A stretch of DNA of 64,000 nt from a bacterium HR15 (GTDB taxonomy: Bacteria > Armatimonadota > Fimbriimonadia > Fimbriimonadales > GBS-DC): contig BEHR01000007.1 in NCBI GenBank assembly GCA_002898555.1, positions 23,459-87,458 of the forward strand, written 5' to 3'. The notes beneath the pieces were generated by a model. The model worked only from the letters and a program-made list of their open reading frames with translations. It was not told the DNA's origin and did not search any database. Shown here in pieces: positions 8,825 through 23,361 of this stretch (positions within the stretch are counted from its first letter, which is position 1; every line of letters starts with the position of its first letter). The translations under genes and the position numbers were made by a program.

Positions 8825-9789
8825 GCATCGCCCCTTGCCTGCTTGAGTTCCTCAATCAGTTGTGGCACGACCTCGTAGAGATCTGCCACCAGCCCATAGT
8901 CCGCCACCTGAAAGATGGGCGCTTCGGGATCGATGTTGATAGCGACAATCACTTTGGAATCTTTCATCCCTGCCAGGTGTTGCACCGAGCCGGAGATGGC
9001 GACAGCAATATAAAGTTCGGGCGCGACCGTTTTGCCTGTTTGCCCCACCTGCAGCTCGTTGGGGGCGATTCCCGCATCGACCGCGGCGCGTGTTGCCCCC
9101 ACCGCACCTCCCAGCACATCTGCCAGTCCACCGATATACTTCTCAAAGGTCTCTGGATCTTTCAGCGGTCGCCCGCCGGAGACCACCACCCGCGCTTGGG
9201 TCAGGTCGGGGCGTCCACCCGCGCTGCCCTGTAAACGAACCCACTCCGAGCGTGTCGGGATGCCCGTGGGCAGGGTAAGCGTTTGAACTGGTGAACGGCT
9301 GTCCACAGGATTGGGCTTGCCCCAAGCTGGTCCGCGCACCGTCAACACAAGAGGCGTGCCTTCCGCTTCAAAAGTGCCAATGAGATTCGCGGAATAAACA
9401 GGGCGCTTCACCAGATACCGCCCGTTCTGTGGCATAAATGCGATAATATCGCTCAGCATGGGCGCGTCAAGTAGCCCTGCCACACGCGCCAGCACATCGC
9501 GACTGAAGGTGCTGGTGGTCGCCACGACGAAATCTGCGCTTAGTTGCTGGACCGCGTGGGTAACCACCGGCGCATAACGCTCCGCCAGTGGGCGCGCCAG
9601 AATTGGGTCATCTGTTAGCCAGAGGCTTTGCGCCCCATAGCCCGCAAGGTTCTCTACTCCCTGCAATCCATGCCCAATCGCCAAAATGTGAAACTCCTCT
9701 GGAGCCACCTGTTGAGCAAAAGCAATAGCGGGCAGTGTCTTCTCTGAGATTTGCTGACCATTTGTTTCTGCAATCACGAGTATCTTCAT
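8821..9789 (-). CDS. etfA: electron transfer flavoprotein subunit alpha
   Basis: 322 aa with a C-terminal FAD-binding signature ([31 protein letters not shown]). It lies directly downstream of etfB. Its 3' end overlaps the convergent purL by 4 nt. Confidence 0.9.
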   Translation of the reverse strand: MKILVIAETNGQQISEKTLPAIAFAQQVAPEEFHILAIGHGLQGVENLAGYGAQSLWLTDDPILARPLAERYAPVVTHAVQQLSADFVVATTSTFSRDVLARVAGLLDAPMLSDIIAFMPQNGRYLVKRPVYSANLIGTFEAEGTPLVLTVRGPAWGKPNPVDSRSPVQTLTLPTGIPTRSEWVRLQGSAGGRPDLTQARVVVSGGRPLKDPETFEKYIGGLADVLGGAVGATRAAVDAGIAPNELQVGQTGKTVAPELYIAVAISGSVQHLAGMKDSKVIVAINIDPEAPIFQVADYGLVADLYEVVPQLIEELKQARGDA

Positions 9790-9811
9790 CGCTCAGCCTC
9801 CTTGTCATGCT

Positions 9812-10561
9812 TCAAATGACCCGTGCCTCCTCTTTGAGCAGGCGCACCAGCTCCCGTACATCTGCCACGCGCTTCCCTGCTTGGCGTGCAGGCGGTCGCT
9901 CCACGGCGAGGAGACGCACCCGCACTTGGGGAGCGATGCCCAGTTCGGCAAGGGGAAGCACCTCCAGGGGCTTGCTGCGGGCGCGGACGATGCCTGTCAA
10001 CGCCACATAACGCGGCTGGTTCAACCGCAAGTCTGCCGTAATGATTGCAGGGAGCGGCACCCGTATCGTTTCGATGCCCGCATCGGTCTCGCGCTCCACC
10101 GTTGCCGTGCCGTTCTCGATATGGATTTTTGAGGCGAAGGTTGCTTGTGGCAGGTCTAACAGCGCAGCGAGCATTTGCCCGACCTGATTATCGTCGGTGT
10201 CGATGGCTTGCTTGCCCATGAGTATCAGCTGAGGCTGCTCGCGTTGATATATGCGTGTTAGCACATGGGCGATGCTCGTTGGGTCCAGCCACTCGGTGAT
10301 TTGAATTAGTACCGCGCGGTCTGCACCCATCGCTAATGCGGTACGCAGTTGTTCTTGGCACTCATCGCCACCGATGGAAACGGCGACAATCTCGTTCGCC
10401 TTGCCCGCCTCCTTGATACGAATTGCCTCTTCTAATGCAATCTCATCGAACGGGTTGATCGCCCATTGCAGTCCTTCGCGTGCAATATCGGTGCCTGCTG
10501 TGTTTGGCACCACCTTGGCATAGGGATCAGGCACGCGCTTGACCGTTACGAGTATCTTCAT
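9812..10561 (-). CDS. etfB: electron transfer flavoprotein subunit beta
   Basis: 249 aa starting MKILVTVKRVPDP, the typical EtfB N-terminus. It is paired with etfA. Confidence 0.9.
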   Translation of the reverse strand: MKILVTVKRVPDPYAKVVPNTAGTDIAREGLQWAINPFDEIALEEAIRIKEAGKANEIVAVSIGGDECQEQLRTALAMGADRAVLIQITEWLDPTSIAHVLTRIYQREQPQLILMGKQAIDTDDNQVGQMLAALLDLPQATFASKIHIENGTATVERETDAGIETIRVPLPAIITADLRLNQPRYVALTGIVRARSKPLEVLPLAELGIAPQVRVRLLAVERPPARQAGKRVADVRELVRLLKEEARVI

Positions 10562-10590
10562 CTGCGGTTTTTCCTCCTTCGCATGGTAAG

Positions 10591-10596
10591 AGTATA
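10591..10596 (-). promoter_or_regulatory. -10 box TATACT upstream of etfBA
   Basis: The reverse strand reads gaggggTATACTcttaccatgcGAAGGAGGaaaaaccgcagATG, giving a -10 box followed by a strong SD and the etfB start. Confidence 0.4.
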
Positions 10597-10603
10597 CCCC
10601 TCG

Positions 10604-11644
10604 CTATTCGCTTAGCCCGATGCGCAAGATGTGGTCGTCGTCGGGATGGGGACGCCCACGCCCGTCACGGTTGGAGGTGGAAACATAGAGGTAGCCGTCG
10701 GGTCCGTAGGCAACCGCGCGTAGACGACCATACTCGCCTCGCAGCAGAGGCTCCTCTTTGACCACACGCCTGCCATCCAACACCACTCGGATGAGTCGCT
10801 CGCCACGCAAACAGGCGAAGAAGAAGTTGCCTTTCCACTCTCGGAAGCGGTTGCCCCGATAGAAAGCCGCGCCGCCTGGAGCAACGGAAGGGGTATATTC
10901 CAGCAGCGGAGCCTCCATCCCGGGCGCCGTTTGCCGGTGGTGAATGAGCGGCCAGCCGTAGTTTTTGCCCCGCTCCACGATGTTCACCTCATCGCCGCCG
11001 CCCGGTCCGTCGAAGCCTGAAGGACCATGTTCTGTTTGAAACATCAGCCCCGTGCCTGGCTGCCAGTCCATTCCCTGCGCGTTGCGGTGTCCGTAGGACC
11101 AGATTTCGGGGCGCGCGTTCGCTTTGCCCACAAAGGGGTTGTCCTTTGGTACGCTGCCGTCGTCGTTCAGACGCAGTGTTTTGCCGTTGAGGCTGTCCAG
11201 TCGCTGCGCCAACTCGCGTTTGGCAGCATCGCCTGTTGTGATGTAGAGCTTGCCGTCGGGTCCGAAGCCCAGCGCGGTGCCATCATGAACGAAGCTTCCC
11301 TCGATGCCTTCGATAATCACCTTTGGTTCCACAAGGCGGTCACCTGCCTCGCGATAGCGTACCACTTTCACCTTCAGCCCCCGATTCTCATAGAGATAGG
11401 CAAGGTAGAGCCAGCGATTACGGGTGAAATGGGGATGCACTGCAAGCCCCATCAGCCCGCCTTCTCCGCGATGGACGCAATCGGGAATCGTGGCAAGCGG
11501 CTGTGAACGCAGCTGCCCTTTTTCGATCACCCGCACGCGCCCCGGTCGCTCAGTGAAAATCATGCGTCCGTCGGGCGCAAAAACGATTGCCCAGGGCACC
11601 TCCAGCCCCTTGGCGACCACCTCCACCTTCACCTTGCCTTGCAT
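10604..11644 (-). CDS. PQQ-dependent sugar dehydrogenase (soluble aldose dehydrogenase family)
   Basis: 346 aa with GLEVPWAIVFAPDGRMIFTERPGRVRVI and HGPSGFDGPGGGDEVN, typical of the Asd/YliI-like beta-propeller family. Confidence 0.75.
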   Translation of the reverse strand: MQGKVKVEVVAKGLEVPWAIVFAPDGRMIFTERPGRVRVIEKGQLRSQPLATIPDCVHRGEGGLMGLAVHPHFTRNRWLYLAYLYENRGLKVKVVRYREAGDRLVEPKVIIEGIEGSFVHDGTALGFGPDGKLYITTGDAAKRELAQRLDSLNGKTLRLNDDGSVPKDNPFVGKANARPEIWSYGHRNAQGMDWQPGTGLMFQTEHGPSGFDGPGGGDEVNIVERGKNYGWPLIHHRQTAPGMEAPLLEYTPSVAPGGAAFYRGNRFREWKGNFFFACLRGERLIRVVLDGRRVVKEEPLLRGEYGRLRAVAYGPDGYLYVSTSNRDGRGRPHPDDDHILRIGLSE

Positions 11645-11690
11645 AACCGCAAGGATACCCGATGGGACAGGTATAATCTGTCCATCTCAG

Positions 11691-12860
11691 ATGGAGAAGC
11701 GGGCGACAAATTCTTCCAGCGATTGGGCGAGCCGCGCGCTCTGGCTGCTTATCACGCTGGCGTTGATAGGGACAGCGCTCTATGTGCTGTATGTGGTGCG
11801 CCATGTGATTAGCCTACTGTTCATCTGTGGCGCGATCGCCTATTTGCTCATCCCGCTGGTGGACTGGTTGTCCCGCTGGCGCCCGCCTCTCATCACGCCG
11901 ATGTTCTGGCGCGGTGTGGTTAGCCTGGTAGTGGTGCTGGGCTTTATCGGGGGCGTTGCCCTTTCCACGGTGGCGTTTATCACTCCATTTGTGCAGGAGA
12001 CGCGCGACTTCCTGAACGATCTGCCACGCTACGAAGGGCGCATCCGCCAAACCCTGACGGATTGGCAAACACGCTATCAGCAGTGGTACGCCGGTTTACC
12101 GCCCCAGGCGCAACGGTGGGTGGATCAGCAGCATGACGCGCTGCTCAATTCGTTAGAGGGCACCTCTGCCAGCCTACAGAAGGGCATTCAGCAGGTGCTG
12201 CAAAAAACCGGGCACTGGCTCGCCCTCCTGGTGGAGCTGTTCCTGATCCCTGTGGTGGTGTTCTATCTGCTGTTCGATTCGCACCGACTTAAGCGAGAAA
12301 CGCTACGCCTCGTGCCGCCACGCTACCTGCGCTTGACCCTCCACACGATGCGAGAGACTAACCGTGTGATGCGGGGCTATATCATCGGGCAGCTCATTCT
12401 GGGCGTGATTGCGGGCATCGCCACTTGGATCGGCTTGCAGGTGATGGGTGTAAAATACGCCGCGACACTCGCGCTGTTCGCCGGCATCGCCCGTGCCATT
12501 CCAGTGATCGGTCCGGTTATAGCGGCTGTGCCTATTGTGACGATGGCAGGGCTATTGGGTGGGCTGATACTGGCGATTAAAGCCGCCATCTTCATGACCG
12601 CGCTCTTTCTGATTGAACACAAAATGATTATGCCCAAGATTATTGGCGATCGGGTGGATCTGCATCCTGTGCTGGTGATTGTGGTGCTGCTGGTCAGTGG
12701 GAGCTTTTTCGGCTTGATGGGCATGTTTTTTGGCGTGCCGGTGGCAGTGATTGTACGCAATGTGGTGACCGAACAGCGACGGCGGGCACGGCGCCGCCCG
12801 CGCATTCACCGCCTGGTGGTGTTAGAAGCCGCTGAGACCACCGGTACAGGCGGAACATAG
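11691..12860 (+). CDS. AI-2E family transporter (PerM/UPF0118-like membrane protein)
   Basis: ORF 11424..12860. The upstream 89 codons overlap the convergently read dehydrogenase gene, so I chose the ATG at 11691. It lies 13 nt after a TATAAT box at 11672..11677. The protein has multiple TM helices and the typical layout of the family. Confidence 0.7.
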   Translation: MEKRATNSSSDWASRALWLLITLALIGTALYVLYVVRHVISLLFICGAIAYLLIPLVDWLSRWRPPLITPMFWRGVVSLVVVLGFIGGVALSTVAFITPFVQETRDFLNDLPRYEGRIRQTLTDWQTRYQQWYAGLPPQAQRWVDQQHDALLNSLEGTSASLQKGIQQVLQKTGHWLALLVELFLIPVVVFYLLFDSHRLKRETLRLVPPRYLRLTLHTMRETNRVMRGYIIGQLILGVIAGIATWIGLQVMGVKYAATLALFAGIARAIPVIGPVIAAVPIVTMAGLLGGLILAIKAAIFMTALFLIEHKMIMPKIIGDRVDLHPVLVIVVLLVSGSFFGLMGMFFGVPVAVIVRNVVTEQRRRARRRPRIHRLVVLEAAETTGTGGT

Positions 12861-12878
12861 GCAAACGGAGGCGACAAA

Positions 12879-13703
12879 TTGGAACTTATCCACGCGATCT
12901 GGCTGGGTATTCTACAAGGCGTCACGGAGTTTCTGCCCATCTCCAGCTCCGCCCATCTGATATTGATGCGCTACTGGTTCGGCTGGGAGATTGCTGACCG
13001 ACAGGCTGAGCTGATGTTCGATGTTGCGCTGCATGTGGGCACGCTGATGGCAATCTTGCTCTACTTCTGGCGCGACCTGCTGCGATTGGCAAGCGCTCTG
13101 GTCTCTCATCGCCATGAGCAGGTGGTGGAGCGTCGACTGGCATACAGCATCCTGATTGGTTGCCTTCCCGCTGCCCTCGTTGGCGCCTTGTTCGAGAAGC
13201 CAATTGAGGAGTTCTTTCGAACACAATATGAGCTGATTAGCATCTTGCTCATAGGCGTCGGTTTGCTGATGGCACTTGCAGACTGGCGCGGGCGTAAAAC
13301 GCGCACCATCGAATCGGTCGGACTGCTGGATGCACTGTTGATTGGTGTCGCGCAGGCATTTGCGCTGATCCCTGGTTTCTCGCGGTCGGGCATCACGATT
13401 ATCGCGGGGCTGGCGCTGGGGCTGCAGCGCGAAGCCGCTGCCCGATTCTCGTTTCTGCTGGCGACGCCCATCACCTTCGGCGCCGCCGTTTGGTCGTTTC
13501 GTCATGTGCTGAAAGAGGGCATCCCGCACGCGATGGCTGTGCCGATGCTCGCAGGCGCGCTCACCGCGATGGTGGTCGGCTGGCTTAGCATCGCCTTCCT
13601 GCTAAACTACCTGCGCACTCGCACGCTGATGCCCTTCGTGGTCTATCGCGTGGGGGTAGGAATAGCCACCTTGATTCGGTTGGTGATGGTGGTACCGAAA
13701 TGA
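12879..13703 (+). CDS. uppP: undecaprenyl-diphosphate phosphatase
   Basis: 274 aa with a TTG start. It carries LGILQGVTEFLPISSSAHL and PGFSRSGITI, the BacA/UppP signature motifs. Confidence 0.9.
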   Translation: MELIHAIWLGILQGVTEFLPISSSAHLILMRYWFGWEIADRQAELMFDVALHVGTLMAILLYFWRDLLRLASALVSHRHEQVVERRLAYSILIGCLPAALVGALFEKPIEEFFRTQYELISILLIGVGLLMALADWRGRKTRTIESVGLLDALLIGVAQAFALIPGFSRSGITIIAGLALGLQREAAARFSFLLATPITFGAAVWSFRHVLKEGIPHAMAVPMLAGALTAMVVGWLSIAFLLNYLRTRTLMPFVVYRVGVGIATLIRLVMVVPK

Positions 13704-14560
13704 AGGTGCTGATTACGGGCGCGGGTGGGATGCTGGGAGCAGAGATTGCCGAACGGTTTCGGCAGGCAGGGCATCTGGTCATCCCCACAGGACGCAAACC
13801 TCCCCTTGTGCCGATGGACATTACCAGCCCGCAGCAGGTACGGGCGGTGTTCGACCAATATCAGCCTGAACTGGTGATTCATTGCGCCGCGATGACCAAT
13901 GTGGACGCCTGCGAGCATCGCCCACAAGAAGCCTACCGGGTGAATGCCTTCGGCACGGAACTCATCGCGACGCATTGCCAGCGCATCGGGGCAATCTGCG
14001 TCGCGCTCTCCACCGATTATGTGTTCGACGGCACAAAGGGCAGCCCTTATCATGAGTACGACCTGCCGAACCCCCTCAGCGTTTACGGGCGTTCGAAATA
14101 TGCGGGCGAGCAGGCGGTGCAAGCACTGTGCCCACGCCACTATATCATCCGCACCGCGTGGCTCTATGGCATCCATGGCAGGAGCTTTCCCCATTTTGTC
14201 CTGGAGCAGGTTCGCGCAGGCGAGATACCCACCGTGATCGCCGACCAGATTGGCTCGCCCACCTACACCGCCGATGTTGCCGATTGCTTGCTACAGCTCA
14301 TCACGACCGATTGCTACGGAACCTATCACCTAACAAACACGGGTCCCGTCTCGCGCTACGAGTTTGCACAGGAGCTATTGCATCTGTCTCATCTGCCCGT
14401 GAATCTCACCCCGCTTTCCATGCGGCAGTGGCAAACACCTGCGCCGCGCCCCAGTTATTCCGCACTCATCTCGTGGCGATTAGAATGGGCAGGTGTGCCG
14501 CCGATGCGCCCCTGGCGCGAAGCCCTGACTGCCTTTGTCCAGCAGCTCACGAGTTCTTGA
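13700..14560 (+). CDS. rfbD: dTDP-4-dehydrorhamnose reductase
   Basis: 286 aa with an N-terminal Rossmann motif (MKVLITGAGGMLG) and STDYVFDG plus YGRSKYAGE (the YxxxK catalytic motif). The ATGA overlaps the uppP stop. Confidence 0.85.
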   Translation: MKVLITGAGGMLGAEIAERFRQAGHLVIPTGRKPPLVPMDITSPQQVRAVFDQYQPELVIHCAAMTNVDACEHRPQEAYRVNAFGTELIATHCQRIGAICVALSTDYVFDGTKGSPYHEYDLPNPLSVYGRSKYAGEQAVQALCPRHYIIRTAWLYGIHGRSFPHFVLEQVRAGEIPTVIADQIGSPTYTADVADCLLQLITTDCYGTYHLTNTGPVSRYEFAQELLHLSHLPVNLTPLSMRQWQTPAPRPSYSALISWRLEWAGVPPMRPWREALTAFVQQLTSS

Positions 14561-14619
14561 TGGGTATAATTTTATTGCGAGTGCAGGATGCACGCACAGG
14601 TGCAAGGAGGAGAACGACT

Positions 14620-15909
14620 TTGGAGAGCTACAAGATTATTGGCGGTATCCCGCTTCGCGGTTCGGTGGAGATAAGCGGCAGTAAGAACGCCGCGCTGGCG
14701 TTGATGGCAGGCGCCTTGCTCATCGAAGGGGAAGTGGTGCTGCACAATGTGCCTCAGATTGAGGATGTGAGCACGATGATTGCCCTTTTAGAGGGGCTGG
14801 GCGTGCAGCATGAGCGGCAAGGTTCCACGCTGCGCCTCTACACACGCGAACTGACCAGCGCGGAGCCTGACCCCAAGTTGGTGAACCGCATGCGGGCATC
14901 GTTTTATATCTTTGGGCCCCTCCTCACACGGCTGGGCTATGCCTATATGCCGCATCCAGGTGGATGTCAGATTGGGAGTCGCCCCGTGAACTTCCATCTG
15001 AACGGCTTGCGCGCACTGGGCGCCGAGATCCGCGAGGAGGAAACCCTTTATATCGCCCGTGCGAACGGGTTGCGCGGGGCGCGCATCTATCTGGATATGC
15101 CCAGCGCAGGAGCAACCCAACAGCTAATGACCGCTGCCGTCTACGCGCAGGGGCTAACCATTATCGAGAACGCCGCTATCGAACCCGAGGTGGTCAATCT
15201 GGCGAACTTTTTGAACGCCGCTGGCGCCCGTATCGAAGGAGCAGGTACCAGCACGCTCTATATCGAAGGCGTGCAGCAGCTGCGACCCTTTATCGAGTAC
15301 ACCGTCATTCCCGATCGGCTGGAGGCGGGCACTTTCGCGATTGCAGGCGCCATTACGCGTGGTGAGGTGGTCATCGAGCGCGTGATCCCCGAACATCTGC
15401 ACGCGCTACTGGCGAAGTTGAGCGAATCGGGCGTGCAGGTGCAGGAGACGGAGACCGCTCTCACGGTGCGCGCAAGCGATCCACTTCGTGCCGTGGACAT
15501 CCGCACGCTGCCCTATCCAGGCTTCCCGACCGACTTACAGCAGCCGATGTGCGCCTATCTCGCGCTTGCACAGGGCGCATCAGTTGTCCATGAGACCATC
15601 TATGAGAATCGGGTCCAACATGTGCCCGAACTCCAACGGATGGGAGCGGATATCATGGTGGAAGGGCGCACGATTCTCATTCGGGGCGTGCCGCGCTTGC
15701 GCGGAGCGCGGGTCAAAGCAACCGATTTGCGTGGAGGCGCAGCCCTTGTGCTGGCAGCGCTCGCAGCGGAGGGCGTCTCCTATGTGGAGGAGGTCTATCA
15801 CATCGATCGCGGCTATGAACGGCTGGATCACAAGCTACACGGGTTGGGCGCGCAGATTGAGCGCACCCATCCCTACGCTGCCGTGAACCCTCTCACCACC
15901 ACAGACTAA
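14620..15909 (+). CDS. murA: UDP-N-acetylglucosamine 1-carboxyvinyltransferase
   Basis: ORF 14128..15909. The homologous part begins at (L)ESYKIIGGIPLRGSVEISGSKNAALALMAGALL. The TTG at 14620 is preceded by AAGGAGG at 14604..14610. The earlier part of the ORF overlaps rfbD. Confidence 0.9.
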   Translation: MESYKIIGGIPLRGSVEISGSKNAALALMAGALLIEGEVVLHNVPQIEDVSTMIALLEGLGVQHERQGSTLRLYTRELTSAEPDPKLVNRMRASFYIFGPLLTRLGYAYMPHPGGCQIGSRPVNFHLNGLRALGAEIREEETLYIARANGLRGARIYLDMPSAGATQQLMTAAVYAQGLTIIENAAIEPEVVNLANFLNAAGARIEGAGTSTLYIEGVQQLRPFIEYTVIPDRLEAGTFAIAGAITRGEVVIERVIPEHLHALLAKLSESGVQVQETETALTVRASDPLRAVDIRTLPYPGFPTDLQQPMCAYLALAQGASVVHETIYENRVQHVPELQRMGADIMVEGRTILIRGVPRLRGARVKATDLRGGAALVLAALAAEGVSYVEEVYHIDRGYERLDHKLHGLGAQIERTHPYAAVNPLTTTD

Positions 15910-15923
15910 CCATTAAACGGTAG

Positions 15924-20430
<4,507 letters not shown>

Positions 20431-20623
20431 AGATTTGTATCGCCCAGAACTCCCTGCTTCTACCCTCCATAGATACGCGATTCGCTCCCAGCCAGTTCCA
20501 TGTTGTTCAAATAGCGTGTGTTGAATCGCTACTCACCTTCCTGTTTTGCGTTGCCATCATGGTATGGGGTACAATAGGTGGTGGCAGAGCGCGTGTTTGG
20601 CGCAACATCTGCCTGGTGAGAAC

Positions 20624-22873
20624 ATGGCAAAGAGCAACAGTGCGAGGTCGAGTGCGAAAATCAGAGTGCAGGCGCGGCGCAAAGCCGAGCCACCTAAAGA
20701 ACGCTCGCAACAGTTCTATGACCGCATCGCGATAGCACTGGTGGCGATTGGGCTCGTAATGCTGCTCAGTTTGACCGTGCCGAACAGCGGCGTGCTGGGC
20801 ACGGCTCTGCGCGACGGGTTGCGCCTGCTGTTCGGCAACGGCGCGTATCTGTTGCCCATCGTGTTGTGGCTGGCAGCGGGCGCACTGGTGTTCGGCTATG
20901 GCAAACTCTCGCTGCCCGAAGTGATTGGCGGCGGGCTGCTGCTCTACGGGGTGCTGCTCGGCTGGATGGCACAGCCCGAATCGAAAACCAACGATTGGTT
21001 CCATCCGGGCGCGCTGAAAGCGACGGGTGGCTACCTTGGCGCCGTGATTGGCTTCCTATTTCAGATGGCGCTGGGTGAAGCCAAAAAGCCGGTGCTGGGC
21101 ACACTGGCGCTGCTTGGGCTGCTGATGATGCTCAACTTGCCCCTCATTAGCCTCTTGCGAGGGCTGTGGCGCGTGCTGGGGACAGGCTGGCGCGGCGCAA
21201 CCATCGCGACGCAGGCAGTGGCGCAAGCGACCAGCGCAACGGTCGAAAAGGCAAGCAGCACGCTTAAGCGCAAGCCCGACCGCTCACCCGCACGCCCCTT
21301 GCCACGCCCTCAGCCGGAAGGAGGGACACCTCCCTCCGCTCGTGAGGCGGGACGCCGCACGGAGCCTTCATCTACCGGGGAAAGCGTGACCACCCCTGCC
21401 CCACGCGAACCACGCCCACTGCCCGTGCCCGCGCCGCCTCCTGCCAGCGAAGGGCAATATACCCTGCCACCCCTTTCACTGCTGCGCGAGCCAGCCCCCC
21501 CACCAAAGCGCACCCAAGCCGAACTCAAAGAAAAGATCGAAGTGCTGGAACGCACTCTCGAAGACTTCGGCATCGGCGCGAATGTGGTCGAAGTGGCGCA
21601 CGGACCGACCGTCACCCGCTACGAAATCCAACTCGATCCCGGCATCAAGGTCAGCAAGGTGGTCAATTTAGCAGACAATCTGGCGATGGCCCTGGCAGCG
21701 ATCGCCGTGCGCGTCGAAGCGCCCATCCCAGGCAAGAGCGCGATCGGTGTCGAAGTGCCCAACGATCGCCCACAGATTGTCACGCTGCGTGAAGTCATCG
21801 AGCGCGAGGAGTTCTGGAACTCGCCCAGTCTGTTGACGGTGGCGCTGGGCAAAGATGTGGCGGGCACGCCCAAATACACCGACCTGGCGCGTTTGCCTCA
21901 CCTGCTCATCGGCGGCGCGACCAATTCGGGCAAGAGTATGTGCCTGCTTTCTATGATTGCCTGCCTGCTGTTCCGCGCGACACCGCGTGAGGTGCGACTG
22001 GTGCTGATTGACCCCAAGCGGGTGGAGCTATCGCTGTTTGACGGCATTCCGCACCTGATGTGCCCCGTCGTGCGCGATGTGAAACACGCCGCAGGCGCAC
22101 TGCGTGCCATCCTCAAAGAGATGGACCACCGCTATGACCTGTTTGCCAATACGGGCGTGCGCAACATCCAAGGCTACAATGAGCGTGTGCCCGAAAATGA
22201 GCGACTGCCCTATATCGTGGTCATCATCGATGAGCTGGCGGACCTGATGATGCAAGCAGCCGCCGAAATCGAGACCTCCATCTGCCGACTGGCCCAGCTT
22301 GCTCGCGCCACAGGCATCCACCTGGTCGTCGCCACGCAGCGACCATCGGTCGATGTCATCACCGGCACGATTAAAGCCAATATCGCCAGCCGAATCGCCT
22401 TTGCCGTCTCCAGTCAGGTGGATAGCCGCACCATTTTGGATATGAACGGCGCGGAGCGGTTGCTGGGGCGCGGCGATATGCTCTTCCTGCCTATCGATGC
22501 CGCCAAGCCGACGCGCATTCAGGGCTGCTACATCTCGGAAGCCGAGATCGAAGCCCTGGTCGAGTTCTGGCGCGCCCAAGAATCGCCCGTCTACCTATTG
22601 CAACCCTCCGAGTTCGAGCCAGTGCCCGGCATCTATGATGAGGACGAAGAAGAGGACGAACTTTATCCGGCGGCGGTGCGGCTGGTCGTGGCGCATGGGC
22701 AGGCATCCACTTCGATGCTGCAACGCCGGTTCAAGATAGGCTATGGGCGTGCCGCGCGCCTGCTGGATTTGATGGAGCGGCGCGGGATTGTCGGTCCGCT
22801 GGACGGCGCGAAACCGCGCCAAGTGCTCGTCACCCGCGAGGAAGCGGAGCAGATACTGCGAGGCTATGAATAG
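20624..22873 (+). CDS. ftsK: DNA translocase FtsK/SpoIIIE
   Basis: ORF 20546..22873; I prefer the ATG at 20624 (MAKSNSARS...). It has N-terminal TM helices, a Pro-rich linker, Walker A (GGATNSGKS), a VVIIDELADL Walker B region and a C-terminal gamma domain (LYPAAVRLVVAHGQASTSMLQRRFKIGYGRAARLLD). Confidence 0.9.
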   Translation: MAKSNSARSSAKIRVQARRKAEPPKERSQQFYDRIAIALVAIGLVMLLSLTVPNSGVLGTALRDGLRLLFGNGAYLLPIVLWLAAGALVFGYGKLSLPEVIGGGLLLYGVLLGWMAQPESKTNDWFHPGALKATGGYLGAVIGFLFQMALGEAKKPVLGTLALLGLLMMLNLPLISLLRGLWRVLGTGWRGATIATQAVAQATSATVEKASSTLKRKPDRSPARPLPRPQPEGGTPPSAREAGRRTEPSSTGESVTTPAPREPRPLPVPAPPPASEGQYTLPPLSLLREPAPPPKRTQAELKEKIEVLERTLEDFGIGANVVEVAHGPTVTRYEIQLDPGIKVSKVVNLADNLAMALAAIAVRVEAPIPGKSAIGVEVPNDRPQIVTLREVIEREEFWNSPSLLTVALGKDVAGTPKYTDLARLPHLLIGGATNSGKSMCLLSMIACLLFRATPREVRLVLIDPKRVELSLFDGIPHLMCPVVRDVKHAAGALRAILKEMDHRYDLFANTGVRNIQGYNERVPENERLPYIVVIIDELADLMMQAAAEIETSICRLAQLARATGIHLVVATQRPSVDVITGTIKANIASRIAFAVSSQVDSRTILDMNGAERLLGRGDMLFLPIDAAKPTRIQGCYISEAEIEALVEFWRAQESPVYLLQPSEFEPVPGIYDEDEEEDELYPAAVRLVVAHGQASTSMLQRRFKIGYGRAARLLDLMERRGIVGPLDGAKPRQVLVTREEAEQILRGYE

Positions 22874-22886
22874 GGCAAAACCGTGC

Positions 22887-22978
22887 TGGCGGAGGGGGAG
22901 GGATTCGAACCCCCGTCCCACGCGAAGGTGGGATGCGGTTTTCAAGACCGCCGCCTTCAACCACTCGGCCACCCCTCC
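22887..22978 (-). tRNA. tRNA-Ser (anticodon UGA), CCA encoded
   Basis: The reverse complement reads GGAGGGGTGGCCGAGTGGTTGAAGGCGGCGGTCTTGAAAACCGCATCCCACCTTCGCGTGGGACGGGGGTTCGAATCCCTCCCCCTCCGCCA. It has a 7-bp acceptor stem, anticodon loop CTTGAAA, a long variable arm and a TTCGAAT T-loop. Confidence 0.9.
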
Positions 22979-22988
22979 GCGCTTAAGC

Positions 22989-22994
22989 ATTATA
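22989..22994 (-). promoter_or_regulatory. -10 box TATAAT upstream of tRNA-Ser
   Basis: The reverse strand reads caaaaggggTATAATgcttaagc and is followed directly by the tRNA 5' end at 22978. Confidence 0.45.
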
Positions 22995-23361
22995 CCCCTT
23001 TTGCACAACAATCCGTCCCGAAAAACACCTGATAGAACGCATACAGGCACTGCGGCGCTAACAGGATCTCATAGCCTGCAGCCATCATCTGTCGAAGGCG
23101 TTGCCGAACCGCCTCTCGCTCAGTCCATCCAAAATACCTCAGCGTTGCTTACGAGCCATCGCGCACCGATTCTACCTGATTCAAAGGCGCCATTGGCACC
23201 CGTGTCTGTTTCGATTCCTTGCCTTACTCTCCCGTGCAGGGTTAGGTAGAATTGATGCCCTTTACGGCGTCTCGCTAATCCACTTGCCTGTTAGTGCCGA
23301 TAATCCCTATTGTGGTGCGGAAGTCGGTAGCGAGTCAAGCAGGGTGTCGGAGGGATAAGCG